DNA of 64,000 nt from Orbicella franksi. Its lineage: Eukaryota. Of this stretch, positions 47,711-61,900 are shown in pieces; the first letter of the stretch is position 1, and each line of letters opens with the position of its first letter. Under the pieces are notes generated by a model. That model saw nothing but the letters and a program-made list of their open reading frames with translations, did no database searches and had not been told where the DNA came from. A program made the position numbers and the translations under genes. The stretch is from NCBI GenBank assembly GCA_964199315.1, contig OZ116705.1, positions 16,120,001 to 16,184,000 on the forward strand. The letters are read 5' to 3'.

Positions 47711-50545
47711 AACTTTTCGTAGCAGTAGTCGCTAGTCGCTTGTCACTGACGATGTGTGTTGTGAAAGGTATACTGCTGAAACTTCACACCTCCGCCTCAA
47801 GTCGACACTAAACGCTAGAGCTGTGTAGCAACCCATTTTATAGCTGCAATCGAAGTCTATATATGGTACATCCGCTACTTAACTGATAAATTTGTAAAAC
47901 TACGCGATGGTAAGGACATTTGTCAGACTTTTTCCTTGACATAACCACAATTGGGTGTCATGAGATAAACGGAACACGAACGGTGACCCGCTGGCTTCAC
48001 GAAACACACTAATAACACCTTATAACGGATGAGCATCGACTCTTGCTTATAAACACTCGCCGAAAAGACAAAACTTCTTAAAAAGTAACACTTTTAGAAC
48101 TCGCATAATATTGCTAGAAAAATTAGTTTGTTCTCAATTAATTACGACAGAAATCCTGTGTCCGGAGCTTAGCGGAAGTGGGGAGTTCAGAACGAAACAA
48201 AAACAGGTGTGTACTGAAGCGTAATAGACAGATCGTGAGGATCCTTAGGGAGGACGAAAGGGTCTTCTTGTATCTTGCTGGCTAAAATCGAACATAAAAG
48301 TCAAAAAAAAAAAAAAAAAATTAACTTCTTAGCTCAAAAGCTTTCTGCCATTCAATGGAATTGTCCACTTTACAATATCATTTAGTAAAACGGATCATCG
48401 GCTAGTAATCCAGGAAGCGCAAGACACTTGTTAAGCCAAGGCGTGACCGGAAATGATGCTAGTGGTGTGTTGAAAGTTCTGACAATGATCAGTTACGTAC
48501 GTACACCAAATGGCACATCTTGATACTCCATAAGGTACGCTAGGTCTGAAATGCAATGCACCTTGCCAGATATAAGCCGCAGAAGCTTTTTTTTTTTGTT
48601 GTTTTTCTGTTTTTTGCTAGTATATATTAATTTAAAGCTGCCAATTTTTCCCTTGGTCTCGTACAGCTACGTTATCGTGACAATTGTTCGTGGCGTGATA
48701 TGCCTCATAGTACAGAACGTCCGTTACGCTACTTTATAGTCTCGCTTAAACGCACTTTAAAGCACTTCCTTTTCAGAGTTTTTTCCTTATTGCGCATATA
48801 CAAGTACGACTGGAAAAGTCCATCGTACAAACAGCCTTAAAATTCGTCCTTTTTTAGTAATTCTAAAATACGGATGCTACGCTTGCACGGAATAAAATGT
48901 CATAATAAATCTTGATGAATATTTACATAGAGGGATCAGGTTACGTGTTCATGAAGAGAACGTCAATCCGATTGCATCTGATGTCGTGCCTAATGTAATA
49001 TTTTGGAGCTAAAAATACAATGTTATAGCATTATCCCCCTTTTGGTGCAGCTTGCCTGTTTCTGTCTGTGACAAAACTTTATTACAGGTGTAATCGAAAT
49101 CCACACATCTAAGAGATTCGCACTTTTACTAGGTAGCTATTGCTGAAAACAAACAAGCTGAAACAAGCTGAATATACAGAGCAGGAAAGCAAAACGAAAT
49201 ACAAATAAAGTAAGCAAAAGTGACGAAAAAATAACGAAACTTACAAGATTTGTGTGGCGACTACGACGACTAAAACATAATGAAAACGACAACTAGAAAA
49301 CTAACTGTAGAAGAAGCTACACCAAACAATAGAAACAACGGATGAAAAAATGTACACGAAAATGTGAATCGTTACGTAAACGAAAATAACTGACGAAACT
49401 AATTAGAATAAGAAATACACGCGGAATAATTGAGAAACAGAAAACAATGGACAAAAAGACGCAAAGCCACAACAAAATAGAGGCGTCGTGACTACAACAG
49501 GAACATTGGATCTCATTTGCGGTGACTTTATTTGTTTTTCAAAGTAACTCGTGAACACGTATTTCCGGTCACTCGTATTGCGCCTCTGTTTAACAAGGTA
49601 AGTACAACGTGTCCGGGCTTATTGTTTAATATAAGTTGCTACATAAGCGGGAGTCAAGAGTTTCTTACAGACTGTACATCTACAAGCTGATTAGTCCAAA
49701 GTCAATTGAAATTGGCCATCTGCAAAACTTGCGTGTTATTGTCCTTACTATACAGAATCTATACATGTGCATGAATGGTTTTAAGACTTTTAAGTTCAAG
49801 GAGAACGATTTATTTGGCCGTAAATAGGCGAGAAATTCTTGTCATGAACATATCAGCAGCCCGTTGTGCCCGACAGTCAAGCCGTTGGGTTTTAACCCGT
49901 TTATATTTACTGCAGAACTGACCACAGAAAAGGCAAGAGATAAATATTTATATATATATATCTAATATCAGTTAATCCCTAAGGAATATGTCACACAAAC
50001 TGATGACGTCAAAGGTGGTTTTTGGGTTAAAACCCAACTACTAGACTGTCCTATACAGAGCGATTCAACTTTCCGCCTCTGGAAATGTTCTTGTCGGGAA
50101 CTTTTTCGTGCATTACGTCTAATAAATTCCCCTCAATGATGACTACAAATAGAAAAGGTTGTGGTTAGTTGGCTGTAGTCTGAGGGAAAAATCCCGTAGT
50201 AAATTTATAGAGCGTACAGTGCGATCCCAAGTTAATAAATTAACGTCAAGAAAACGGAGCTTTTCGAAAACGATGGTGTCACGATACTCATGTGATCTCC
50301 CTGACCGAGTTTTCCTCAAACTCAAACGAATTTAAATTGACCGGTGATTTTTGCGTTTTGAAATTCCTCTGGCGTACTGTAGACAGAAAACATTTGATGT
50401 GTTTTTAGAGTGAAACCTCCGTTTTCAAAAAATCTCCGGCGCAGGGTGGACGGGGCCTTATTTGAAATAAGTCCAAAAAAAAAAAAAAAAAAAAAAGCTA
50501 TTGCGAGGCTGAAATGAAACCCAAAATGCAAGCCATTTGCTAATA

Positions 50546-51045
50546 CAGTGGAACCTCGGGTTGCGACCACCTCCTCGCCGGTAAGCGACCACCCCTCCTC
50601 AGCGACCAGTTTTCCAATTAAGCAACCAAACTTTTCCAAGTCAAATCACTATATTTGGAACCTCTTGTAATTGACCACCTCTCGCAAGTGACTGCGACCA
50701 CTGCTGGAGCTAAACATTTGAAATTTTCTTTTGTTCTTAACCTCCCGTAAGTCAATGGACAGATAATAGAGCGAAAATTGCATAATAAGGTGTTGGGCAT
50801 TATCGCATTCGTTGGATAGTACAAGAGACTGAAATTTCTCAATCGGAAGCACCAGATTGTTTTTTTCAAAATTGACTTTTCACATGAATAAAACATTTAA
50901 AACATAGATAGGTCTCAACAGTTACCTTATACTAATGAGGCAAACTTTTGACCCAATCTGATCTAAGCTCTCGTAAGTGATCACTTTCCGTAAGCAACAA
51001 CCTAGGCTTGACATTTTGGGTGGTCGCTTACGGAAGGTTCGACTG
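50546..51045. mobile_element. Tc1/mariner-type MITE just downstream of the FAXC copy C stop
   Basis: TA|cagtggaacctc ... gaaggttcgactg|TA. Internal GCGACCAC repeats. Confidence 0.8.
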
Positions 51046-51139
51046 TAACAATAAAATGTTCATCACGTTTTATAATGCCTGAATGAATAAATGGACGTGT
51101 CGCAAAGAATCCGAGAAAGCAGATAACATCGTCCTTAAC

Positions 51140-53679
51140 TTAGTCAGATTTATGTTTTTTCGAAATGATTTCATCCCAGTCCGGATAATACATCTCCTTC
51201 ATCCGCTGGGCATGCTCCTCAAGATTCTTGATTTTAGACTTGGTGAGTTCAGCGAAAGGACTTTGCGGACAGTCCAAAACAGAGGAGGTGATGAACGCAA
51301 ATACGGCAACGTCAGCCAGGCAAGGTTTTTCACCAAACAGAAATTTCTTCTGGCCTAAAATTGCTGACACAGCAAGCAAATCCCTCTCAGCTATTCCGTA
51401 CAAATCTTGCTCCGAGTGACGACCAATGCCGTGCGACCACAGATCCCTTCTGACCTTTCTATCTACCTTGTAGCATGCGAGAAGTCTGAGAGGCAGGACA
51501 AGATGACCAAAGAAAACCTTTCGCATGTGCTCGGCGTAGTTAGTGCACCAGCGGTAGTATACAATTGTCCTATAGAGGATCAAGGAGACGGAAATTAAAT
51601 TATCTCATTTGTCCTATCGGAAATATGATGCCTAATGGTAAGTATCGAGCGGTCTAAGGGCCTGTTTCCAAGGAGGGAGTGTTACCCTAGCGAGCGGGTT
51701 AACCCTAGCTGGAAGGCAAAAGATAGCCGAGGTTTACAAGCAAAATTTCACTGGTAGGGTAACCCTAAAACCAGGGACATTTTAATGCGCGGTTACACTC
51801 AGAGTCTGGGAACAAGTAGAAAGTTAACCCGGGTAGGCGGGTTAACCATACCTGGAGTGTTTACAAGGGAAAAGAGTTAACCCGCCAGCCAGGGTAACCC
51901 TAGCACGCAGATAGGGTAACCCGCCTACCCGGGTAACCAAAGCTGCCTAACTGCCTTGTAAACACGACGAGTGAGTGAGTGCTAGGGTCACCTGCTTGCT
52001 AGGGTAACCCTCTCTCCTTTCAAACAGGCCCGAAGTCATTATATGTTCCCGGCCGGGAATGTTGTGTTATACTTTCAAAGCGCCTCTTTCTACCCAAGAG
52101 TATGCCCCATTAATTAATCCAATTCATCGTTTAATAGCGACATACCTGGACAAACATGTGAGTCTGATGGACTCTTGGCCCTTATGCAGTTTTTAGATTG
52201 CGTTAATATAGAGCGGTTTTCAACTGAGTGTCGTAAAACCAAAACCAAACCAATTACTTACCAATTAGACTACTAAGCCAATCTCAAACCGTAGTAAAAC
52301 CAAAACCACAACCAAAGTAATTATCTAATTACTTTCGACACTCAAATGAAAACCGCTCTATTCAACACAATTCAGCATATTTAATTTATCTCTTTATATG
52401 TCCGTTACTATTAGAAACTGAGAAAATGCAGGTTCTTGTCCTTCATAAAGACATAAAAATATTCAGGTTTGAAAGGGATTCGAATCCATGACCTCGGCGA
52501 TGCCGGTTCAGTGCTCTTCCAACTGAGCTATTAAGCCAAGTGGGAACTGGTCAAGTTTAGGGTTAGATAAATTATGCCGGCGTATTTTCGAGCATAATAC
52601 TATGGTGCGAGCATCGAGCTCAATGCCAGCATAATAGTCATGTCTAGGAGCATAAAAGTTGATAAAATTATCCTGCTAATAAAAACATCAAAATAATGTG
52701 TTTAAAAAATATCAATTGTGGGCTTTTTGGCTGCTTTATGCTGCTTTCTTGAAGGCCTGGTTTTCTGTTTGAAGGCCTGGCTACCTTACTTTATGACTGG
52801 CTCCCCAGGCAGTTTTCACTTGTCATGAACCCAACTGAAGAGACTGCTGACATTTAGCTCTTGTTGCTCCGTACTAAAGCATTCTATTTCAAAGGCGTTG
52901 TTGTTATTTAAAAGAACGACATTAAATATTAGATATGTTAGCACCTATTTTGTCTTTTTTTATTTCCGCAAAATTCACCCCGCATCCTTGAGCATAATGC
53001 TAGGGCACGAGCATAATTTCGAGCATAATGCTATAAGTTTAGGAGTGACGCTCAAAACCATAATACTCAAATTTTCGAACGTAATTTATCTAACCCTAGT
53101 CACGTTGTGAGGTGACTCCAAGTGGACACGTGACCCGATCAATTGACAGTGATTGGGACTGGATATGTTGATACGCTTGTTTTAGAATTCTCGCTGTAAT
53201 AATTAAACGTAACGGTCAAATAATAATAATAATAATCTCTTCATCGGAACATAAGACTGTGTAACTCACCAGTAAGTGTTCTCTTCCAACATGGTGCGAA
53301 TACTGTGAGCAATGGCCTTTTCTGTGTTGGTCAAATGAGAATCAATATCTACTTTGAACTCTCTCTTCAGAAACTGAATACAGAAATTGGAATCAGCAAT
53401 TTCTTGGCCGTTAAACTCGATCCAAGGTATTTTCCCCTTCTTAGAAAACTTCAAACCATATTCATTTTCGTACGGAATCCTTGTCATGCGAAGGAAGGTT
53501 TCCAATTTTAAACATGGAGGGCTAGCATTTACTACCAAATTGGTTGGAGGGAACTGATGTAAAATGACCGTACCAGGCCTCGGCTTCTTGGTTTTTTGCT
53601 CTTTTTTAAACATCTTCACAAGGAGATAAATGACAACAAATGCTGTGGAAGCGATGCCAGCGTATAGAATAGACACCAT
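51140..53679 (-). CDS. FAXC: FAXC-like copy C, intact, 279 aa, with TM anchor
   Basis: Exon 1 is 53679-53270 (accATG ... TG|gtgagt) and exon 2 is 51569-51140 (ctatag|G). Motifs LHQF, ASPPCLKLETFLRM, KGKIPWIE, HGIGRHS, FLFGEKPCLAD. Family-level symbol. Confidence 0.9.
51658..52031. mobile_element. Harbinger-like MITE in the FAXC C intron
   Basis: TAA|gggcctgttt..aaggag.gag.gttaccctagc ... gctagggtaaccctctctcctttcaaacaggccc|GAA. Many internal GGTAACCC/GGGTTAACC motifs. Confidence 0.75.
52209..52361. mobile_element. Short MITE (tagagcggttttca ... tgaaaaccgctcta)
   Basis: Terminal inverted repeats read directly. Also present in the duplicate near 63785-63937. Confidence 0.75.
52463..52557 (-). 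mobile_element. tRNA-related SINE-like repeat interrupted by a hAT MITE (continues at ~53099-53115)
   Basis: Minus strand has TAGCTCAGTTGG (A box) and GGATTCGAATCC (B box-like). Confidence 0.7.
52558..53098. mobile_element. hAT-type MITE
   Basis: TIR tagggttagataaatta / taatttatctaacccta. 8-bp TSD gtcaagtt / gtcacgtt (one mismatch). Internal GAGCATAAT repeats. Confidence 0.8.
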
Positions 53680-54313
53680 GGTTTAACTCGTCGCAACTGT
53701 AAAGAGTGAATTCCCATGCGTTTTGTGCATGGATGGCATGACTTGGCACTTCTTTGTCACGCAACAAATCAAATCTTTATCGAATTTGCATATCAATGCA
53801 GCATTCATGAAAATTAAGCAACCATGACCACGTTTTGTAGAATAAAGCGAAGAGTATTCTAGATATATAGACTCTAAAGGCCAAGAGGAAGCAAGGAGTA
53901 TCCTTTCTAAAACTAAAGTTTGGTACTTGAGTTCTTCAGGTAGACAGCCGTTTCCACAAGAAATCGGTCAATTTGAATTTTAGAAATACTGCCATGATCG
54001 TTACGACCTTCTAGATAATGTAATAGTCACATTTTATTACGAGTGAATGTGCGCGTCATCCCTGACCTAGTTGATTAGTTATGCAAAGAAAAGGGAGACA
54101 TTAGGCAAGTGTTCAACAGGCTTTTCATAGTGAGAGCTCTTCAGCAATACTTAAATGTAAAATTGATTCTTCTCTTAGCCTGAATCTTGCAGATGTATGG
54201 GTTTTTACGGTGACAGAATGTTAGAGACTTAAAATATGCGAATTAAAGCCAAGATTTTGCTTTTGAGCGCGGCCGAGATCAGGACCGACATGCTGAGGTC
54301 TACGAAGCCGGTC

Positions 54314-54349
<36 letters not shown>

Positions 54350-56784
54350 GAACGTTAGAGTTTCTGGCTCCAGCAGCGCGAAAGGCTCGAAAATTGCGAA
54401 GGCAAAATAGCCAAATCGTACTGCAAGTCATCCGTCTACTAGCGCACCTGGAAAGCAAGAAAGAGACGGTGAGATTCATCTTTCTTTAAAAAGATTTATT
54501 TTCGAGTCTGGCAATATGCAGTTTCTCCAGTTTGTAGACAAATCTATTTTTACAGGTTTTTCAGACAAATCTATCTGAAACCTGAAAAAGACCCAAGCAA
54601 AGTCTTGTCAGGTATAACAAGAGAAAATGGGTACAATTATTTTCTAAATTGTTGCGTTTCAAGTTACGATGACTGTACTGTACATCTAAGACTACTTGAG
54701 AACCAACATTTAGCTGGCATAGCGTAACAAAGACATGGCACAAGCCTCAACCCTGACCTCTTGTAGGGTTCATGCGATGTTTATACAAGACTCATGCAAA
54801 GCTGACTTTTGGGGTTGGATCCGTTAGGTCTCTCAATGCTAAGCATGCTCAGTGAGGCTAACTATGCAAATTGAAAAATATTTACAAAACCTCCCACGAC
54901 AAGAATATGTTGGACTCTCTTTGACTGATGACCTCAACTGAATTGGCGAATTGTTAAACTGACACCGGCGGACCATCTGGGTTCCGAAATCACGAAATTA
55001 AAAGAACACTTTCCAAAAGGACAAAACGTTGAGGGTACGGTAACATTATTAAACTCTTATAAGATATTTCAGTCGTCGTCTGATCTCAATTATGCTACCT
55101 CCGGCTCTATTCCCCCCCTTTGCCAGGCGCTTAGAGAGAGTAGGGTAAACGAGAGGAAATCTCGAATTGAAACGTGCTCGTGTGAGTGGACCTCGGAGGG
55201 TGGAATAGGACTTGGCTAACTGCCCTCAAAATCGGTCATACAGGTTAAACTTCTTATCTGGTTAAATTTCCACCCTTCACCTACTCATATTAAAGTAATT
55301 AGTCAAACTGATCATCAGTGTCGGTTGTTTAAAGTTTATCCGGGATTACACATGATAAGCTAAGGCGTAACCGGAACTGATACTTGGGAAGGGTCTCAAG
55401 CATCTGTCACGTATCAGCGCCAGATGAGCCATCTCTTGTTTTCAATTCCCTTGGAGCTGGTTCAAAACTGATCTTATTTAACAAGGTTTCAATTGCACTC
55501 GTCTTTTAACTATGTTGACTTATACCACCATCTCACTTCACTGTTAAAAAGACTACATATTTCCTCGGTCTCGTTTACAGAACGCCCGACGTAACTCCCC
55601 GCACGAACTGTTCGGTAATCGACCTAAATCAAACTCAATCGAACTTGTCGAATACTTGGTTCGATTATGTTTGGCAATCGAGCTAAGTCGAACCAAAAAA
55701 TGTGCGAGGGCTCGATTGTGAACTATATCGAAAGTAACTGAACTTCTTCGAATGTTGAAGCCATTACTCGAAGTAGACGAGATTTCTGAAAAGTCTTTAG
55801 CAAGTACGAACAACAAAGAATTGAATGAAACGAACAATAGAAATTATGTAACAAGAAGCTAAGAGCAACGCAGTGAGCTGAAACGAGGCTGGTTCAACAG
55901 TATAATGTTCAAAAGTGTAGCTGCTCTCGTCCCCTCCCGGGGGAGGGGGGGGGGAGGGGCAACTCAGATATAAAAAGGACGGAGCCGCTAAGAGGTACCA
56001 AGATCCTGTTTGGTGGGAGTGGCTTGAAAGTTTATTCTGCCCTAAAAGATACAAATCATCCATACCACATTATCTCTTGTCATATTTTTTTCGGCTCAAC
56101 GCCTTAAAAGGTACTGCAAAAGCTTCCGCTGTGGACATTAGTGAGGCTAAGCACCCTAAGAGGTAGCAAAACCGCTTTTTTTTAACCTCTAAAAGGTACG
56201 ACGAGCACCCCGGTCCTTTTTTAATTTGGGAAGCCCCCCCCCCCCCCCCTCCCCGCCTCCTTCGGGCTCTCGAAAGTTTGTAATTCTTTTCATTGTCAGC
56301 AGCTGTTTTGTTCTTGGGCTAGGGACATTGTTCCTGTTGTTTGTTCTATGCTACTCTCAAAGCCATTCATGATGTGAGACCTTACGAGAGCTGACTCCAC
56401 ACATAATGTTCTTCGTAAGACAGCCTAGAAAAACAAAACATTCAGAAAAACATTATAACTCCCGTTTTTAATCGAATGTATTCCAGATTCGACCATCGAA
56501 CTTATTCGAACTCAGTCAAAGTGCGATTGCGTTCGATTAATATTACTCCATTATATTTCTTGCGAGTTTGATTGTGTCTGATTGCCGAGCTCTATCGAAC
56601 CTAATCACTCGATTAAGTTCGATCAATCGAACGTTTGATTTAGTTCGAGCAGTTAAGTCGAAAAATGCGACAGAGGGGCTCAATGACGTCAGCCATGCAT
56701 TGCCACTCACGTCATTCTCGCTACCAGTGCCCGCGCGTTTTGGATCAGCGGTGATTGAACTCGCAACGCACTCGACAAAATAAA

Positions 56785-56953
56785 CAATAGCCCTTTTCAC
56801 GGTTAATTTTTCTCACTTGCATTACATTGTAATCCAATGTGGATGCGAGGCAATTTCGGGCTAAGACTAAACAATAGCCCGAAATTGCCTCACATAAATG
56901 CTAGATTTTATTGTAATGCAAATGAGCAAAATTAACCGTGAAAAGGGCTATTG
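56785..56953. repeat. ~169-bp foldback palindrome
   Basis: caatagcccttttcacggttaattt...gcaatttcgggcta / 11-nt loop / tagcccgaaattgc...aattaaccgtgaaaagggctattg. Confidence 0.85.
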
Positions 56954-58018
56954 GAACCCAAAACGTCTGCCTCCGGGTTTGATTTGCGCTTGCGCTAAAG
57001 TGGAAAATAGAATCAACTGTCCTTGTTTAATCATTCTAACTGGTATGCACTTCCACCACGCAATTTAATCCACCTTTGGAAGTAGTTATTTTCATAGCAA
57101 GAGAACATCAATGACGTGACATCCGCTACATCGACAGTTTTTTCGGTGAATGAATATGTTTAGTAAACGCTACCTGTTCACTTCTGAATTTGGACAAACA
57201 TAAAGATATTCTAAACGATGGTCTGTCAACAGCTGTTTCTTTATTCTTTCTTTTTTCCTTAGAGACAATTCGCAATTTTTATTTGTTTGACTTTCCGCTG
57301 TAATGAACTATAAAAGATATATCAGAGTAGAAAAATATGCTATGGCGGGTGATAAATAGCGAGGACAGCAAGAGCCAGGAGTGTCTGACTGTCTCCACAT
57401 CTTTACTGGGAATCTCTCAGTTTCCAAAAAATAACAATAGAATAAAATAAAATAAACTACTACGAAAGTCGCAAAAAACTACACGAGCCAAAACTACTAA
57501 AGTCGTAATGTCTTCATCTCTGAGGAGTCATTCAATCAAAAGATATAGCCACGGTGGCTAGCATACGTTAGTTATATAAGACGACATTCCCCTCTTTCGA
57601 CTCGTTACAACGTAAGTTTTCTCTAAACACGATATTTACATGAACGTGGAAGAGAATATTTTTTGCAATTGCTGGCTACTCAAGCAATTACTAAGAACTT
57701 GAGAAAATGGAATAGAAATGGAAACAGAAATAGAATTTGGAAAGACCATACTTAAAATGTGAGCCGCAATACGAAACCGGAAACGAGTAATATATTAAAG
57801 CTAGTACTAATGTGATATTTAAAGGAGTTCAGTCACAATATTTGGGGTTATTTTGGCCATGCTCAAAATTACCTTTAAATTGAAGTAAACTTGAAAATAA
57901 TGGTTTACTAAGGATAGAAAGGCACTTACGAGAAACCGACAAAGGAAAAAGGATGGTAGAGGATGGAGAAGATTAACACAGGCTAAACGTTTCAAGATGC
58001 GCAAGGCGTGACCTAATA

Positions 58019-58394
58019 CACCTTTTGCTGTTCATTTACAGAAAATATCCATTCATTTGAGTCCAAAATTGATTGTGAGTGCTCATGCAAATTCTATTAT
58101 TGAAAGTCTTTTGCTGAAAAAGGAATGTCCAAAAGTGTAAATGATTGTCGTTTCGTGACAACGAATTTCATTTCGACAAAAATGAGAATACATTTACAGC
58201 CAATGAATGCCAAAGGAAGGTATTGTTTATCTTCTGATGATTTTGATTGTTAATACATAATCAAGTGTTATTCTTGAACGTTCCTTACGCGCAAATGAAG
58301 GTCATATTGGTGTTAATGAGAGTATATTGACCATAATGAAACAGATGTGGACTCACATGAATGGATATTTTCTGTAAATGAATAGCAAAAGGTG
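58019..58394. mobile_element. MITE with ~45-bp TIRs just past the FAXC copy D stop
   Basis: TA|caccttttgctgttcatttacagaaaatatccattca ... tgaatggatattttctgtaaatgaatagcaaaaggtg|TA. Confidence 0.8.
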
Positions 58395-58474
58395 TAGTAA
58401 CTCTTTTAAGATAACTGGTCTATATCGAAAGAAGCTGTTGCAGGGAAACCGGAGAAAACATAGGGTATGTCATC

Positions 58475-58907
58475 TCAATCAGATTTGTGCTTCTTCTTTG
58501 AAATGATTTCATCCCAGTCTGGATAATACATGTCCTTCATTCTCTGCGCATGCTCCTCAAGATTCGTAGCCTTGGACTTGGTAAGTTCAGCAAAAGGACT
58601 TCTGGGTAACTCCCAAGTGGATGTAGCGATGAAGGCGAATACTGCAGCGTCAGCCAGGCAAGGTTTGTCTCCAAACAAGAATTTCTTCTGGCCTAGAATT
58701 GCTGACACAGCAAGCAAATCCCTCTCAGCTATTCCATACAGGTCTTGTTCGGAGTAACGACCAATACCGTGTGACCAGAGGTCGCTTCTGAACTTTCTTT
58801 GCAGCCAGTAAAATAGCAGATATCTGATTGGCAGGGAAAGATGACCGAAGAATGATTCTCGCACGGATCCGGCATTATCAGATAAATAACGGTAGTAAGC
58901 AATGGCC
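58475..58907 (-). CDS. FAXC: FAXC-like copy D: intact exon 2 only, with no matching exon 1 before the next copy
   Basis: ttgacag|G acceptor and open frame AIAYYRY...HGIGRYS...FLFGDKPCLAD...YYPDWDEIISKKKHKSD*. No exon-1 sequence found in 58908-62715. May be an orphan or an alternative last exon. Confidence 0.7.
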
Positions 58908-61900
58908 CTGTCAACGAACAACGAAAAAGAAAGACAGTTAATGTAAGTTCATTGGTCTTAGCAGATTTGGAGGCATTCTTCACGGAGCTCGTTTGACAAC
59001 AAGGGAGGGAAAGTACGATGTTCTTACTCGACATTTTGAGGTCTTCTGTGATCTATTACTGAACAGACGCACGGCAACATTAGAATCTACTTGTTTTATA
59101 TAATGCCGTAATGATTCGATTTAGCGTCCTCCTTTCATAAGCGCCACCTCTCCAAAAAGCATCCCTGTTCAAATGTGTTTTTATTAATAGGCGTCCCTAT
59201 TTCAATAAGCTTTCCCATTCAAATAAGCGTTCCCTTTCCGAATAAGCGCTCCCCCCCCCCCCTTAAATGTGTTTATGAATAAGCGCCCCCTTTCCAATAA
59301 GCATCCATATTTTAATATTATAATATTTTCACGCGACAAGTATCCTTTTGATAAAACATATATATTAATGACGTCATCCATGCGTCTGTTCTCCAATTGA
59401 TCATAAGTAAGAGCCGATCAAAATGAGAGAATAATTCGACATACCATAATTATAAATGTTAATTGGTTATTGTTACATGTCAATATTTCTTTAAAATCAT
59501 GGCAAAAACTTATTAGAATCTAAGTGGAATTCAGGTGTCTATTGGGACTAACTGGTGAGTTATATCTCATGGTCATGCAGTTGCTGATTTTATATATAAT
59601 GTAACAGACTCGGTCATTCCACAAAACCATCTTGATACTACATGTGCAAGGTACATCATTCTGTAAACGACGTCCTCTGCGGTCGCTTAAAATTTATGCC
59701 GAATCGTCAATGCAATATCATCAAGCAAGATATCTATATTACCTTATTCATTATTATATATTAATTTTCATACCTTTATCTTTCTAATGATTGCCCTCTC
59801 AATTGTAGCCTTTAAACTCTCAAATATAGTGAAATTTGCAAACAACTCTCAAACCGAATGGAATAAAAGTAAACATATCCCCACTCAGGTACACACTGCG
59901 GATCTATTCTAATTAGTAAGCTAGGGATTGTATTGTCACGCTTTACTCACTGTTTAACAATGGAAAATAAATCGTTTAGAAATAGCGAGCCGTGACTGGC
60001 GTAGCCTTCAGTGCAGGCGTTTTCCGTGTGTTCACGAGTTATCGGTATTGTTGTCTCTCTTTTAGCCTCACGTCTACTAATTAGGACCCCTTTTCGTCTC
60101 TTGCGAGATGGCGCTCATCTTATCAAAATGCGTGCGCTCGCTCGCCAAAAGAAGAAGTCCTTTTCTTTTTTTGGTAGTGTATATTAATTTAAAGCTGCCA
60201 ATTTTCACCTTGGTCTCGTACAGCTACGTTATCGTGACAAATGTTCGTGGCGTGATATGCCTCATAGTACAGAACGTCCGTTACGCTACTATACAGTCTC
60301 GCTTAAACGCACTTTAAAGTAGTTCCTTTTCAGAGTTCTTCCTTATTTCGCATATACAAGTACGACTAGAAAAGTCCTTCGCACAAACAGCCTTAAAATT
60401 AGTCCTTTTTTAGTAATTCTAAAATGCGGATGCTACGCTTGCACGCAATAAAATGTCATAACAAATCTTGATGAATATTTACATCCAGGGATCAGATTAT
60501 GTGTTCATGAAGAGAACGTCAATCCGATTGCATCTGATGTCGTGCCTAATGTAATATTTTGGAGCTAAAAATACAATGTTATAGCATTATCCCCCTTTTG
60601 ATGCAGCTTGCCTGTTTCTGTCTGTGACAAAACTTTATTACAGGTGTAATCAAAATCCACACATCTAAGAGATTCGCACTTTTACTAGGTAGCGATTCGC
60701 TGAAAACAAACCCACATCAACAAGCTGAATATACAGAGCAGGAAAGCAAAACGAAATACAAATAAAGTAAGCAAAAATGACGAAAAAATAGCGAAACTTA
60801 CAAGATTTGTGTGGCGACTACGACGACTAAAACATAATGAAAACGACAACTAGAAAACTAACTGTAGAAGAAGCTACACCAAACAATAGAAACAACGGAT
60901 GAAAAAAATGTACACGAAAATGTGAAACGTTACGTAAACGAAAATAACTGACGAAACTAATTAGAATAAGAAATACACGCGGAATAATTGAAAAACGTAA
61001 AAAAATGGACAAAAAGACGCGAAGGCACAACAAATTAGAGGCGCCGTGACTACAACAGGAACATTGGATCTCATTTGCGGTGACTTTATTTGTTTTTCAA
61101 AGTAACTCGTGAACACGTATTTCCGGTCACTCGTAAAGCTTATAGCTGCGCCTCTGTTTAACAAGGTAAGTACAACGTGTCCGGGCTTATTATTTAATAT
61201 AAGTTTCTACATAAGCGGGAGTCAAGAGTTTCTTACAGTCTGTACATCTACAAGCTGATTAGTCCAAAGTCAAATGAAATTGGCCATCTGCAAAACTTGT
61301 GTGTTACTGTCCTTATTATACAGAATTTATACATGTGCATGAATGGTTTTAAGACTTTTAAGTTCAAGGAGAAAGATTTATTTGGCCGTAAATAGACGAG
61401 AAATTCTCGTCATGAACATATCAGCGGCCCGTTCTGCCCGACAGCCAAGCTGTTGGGTTTTAACCCATCTATATTTACTGCAGAACTGACCACAGAAAAG
61501 GCAAGAGATAAATATTTATATATATATATCTAATATCAGTTAATCCCTAAGGAATATGTCACACAAAGTGATGACGTCAAAGGTGGTTTTTGGGTTAAAA
61601 CCCAACTACTAGACTGTTCTATACAGAGCGATTCAACTTTCCGCCTCTGGAAATGTTCCTGTCGGGAACTTTTCGTGCATCACGTCTAATAAATTCCCCT
61701 CAATGATGAGTACAAAAAAAAAAAGGTTGTGGTTAGTTGGCTGTAGTCTGAGGGAAAAATCCTGTCGTAAATTTATAGAACGTACAGTGCGATCCCAAGT
61801 TAATAAATTAACGTCAAGAAAACGGAGCTTTTCGAAAACGCTGGTGTCACGATATTCATGTGATCTCCCTGACCGAGTTTTCCTCAAACTCAAACCAATT

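Larger units (their letters stand above)
48610..52424. repeat. First copy of a segmental tandem duplication (offset ~11.56-11.58 kb)
   Basis: Collinear with 60167-64000, including the same MITE insertions and FAXC exon 2. Confidence 0.92.

Noticed and set aside
51083-51598. Plus-strand ORFs overlapping FAXC exons (also near 36352, 44267, 47396, 53305, 58530, 62659)
   Set aside because: Antisense shadows that recur only because the sense exons are paralogous.
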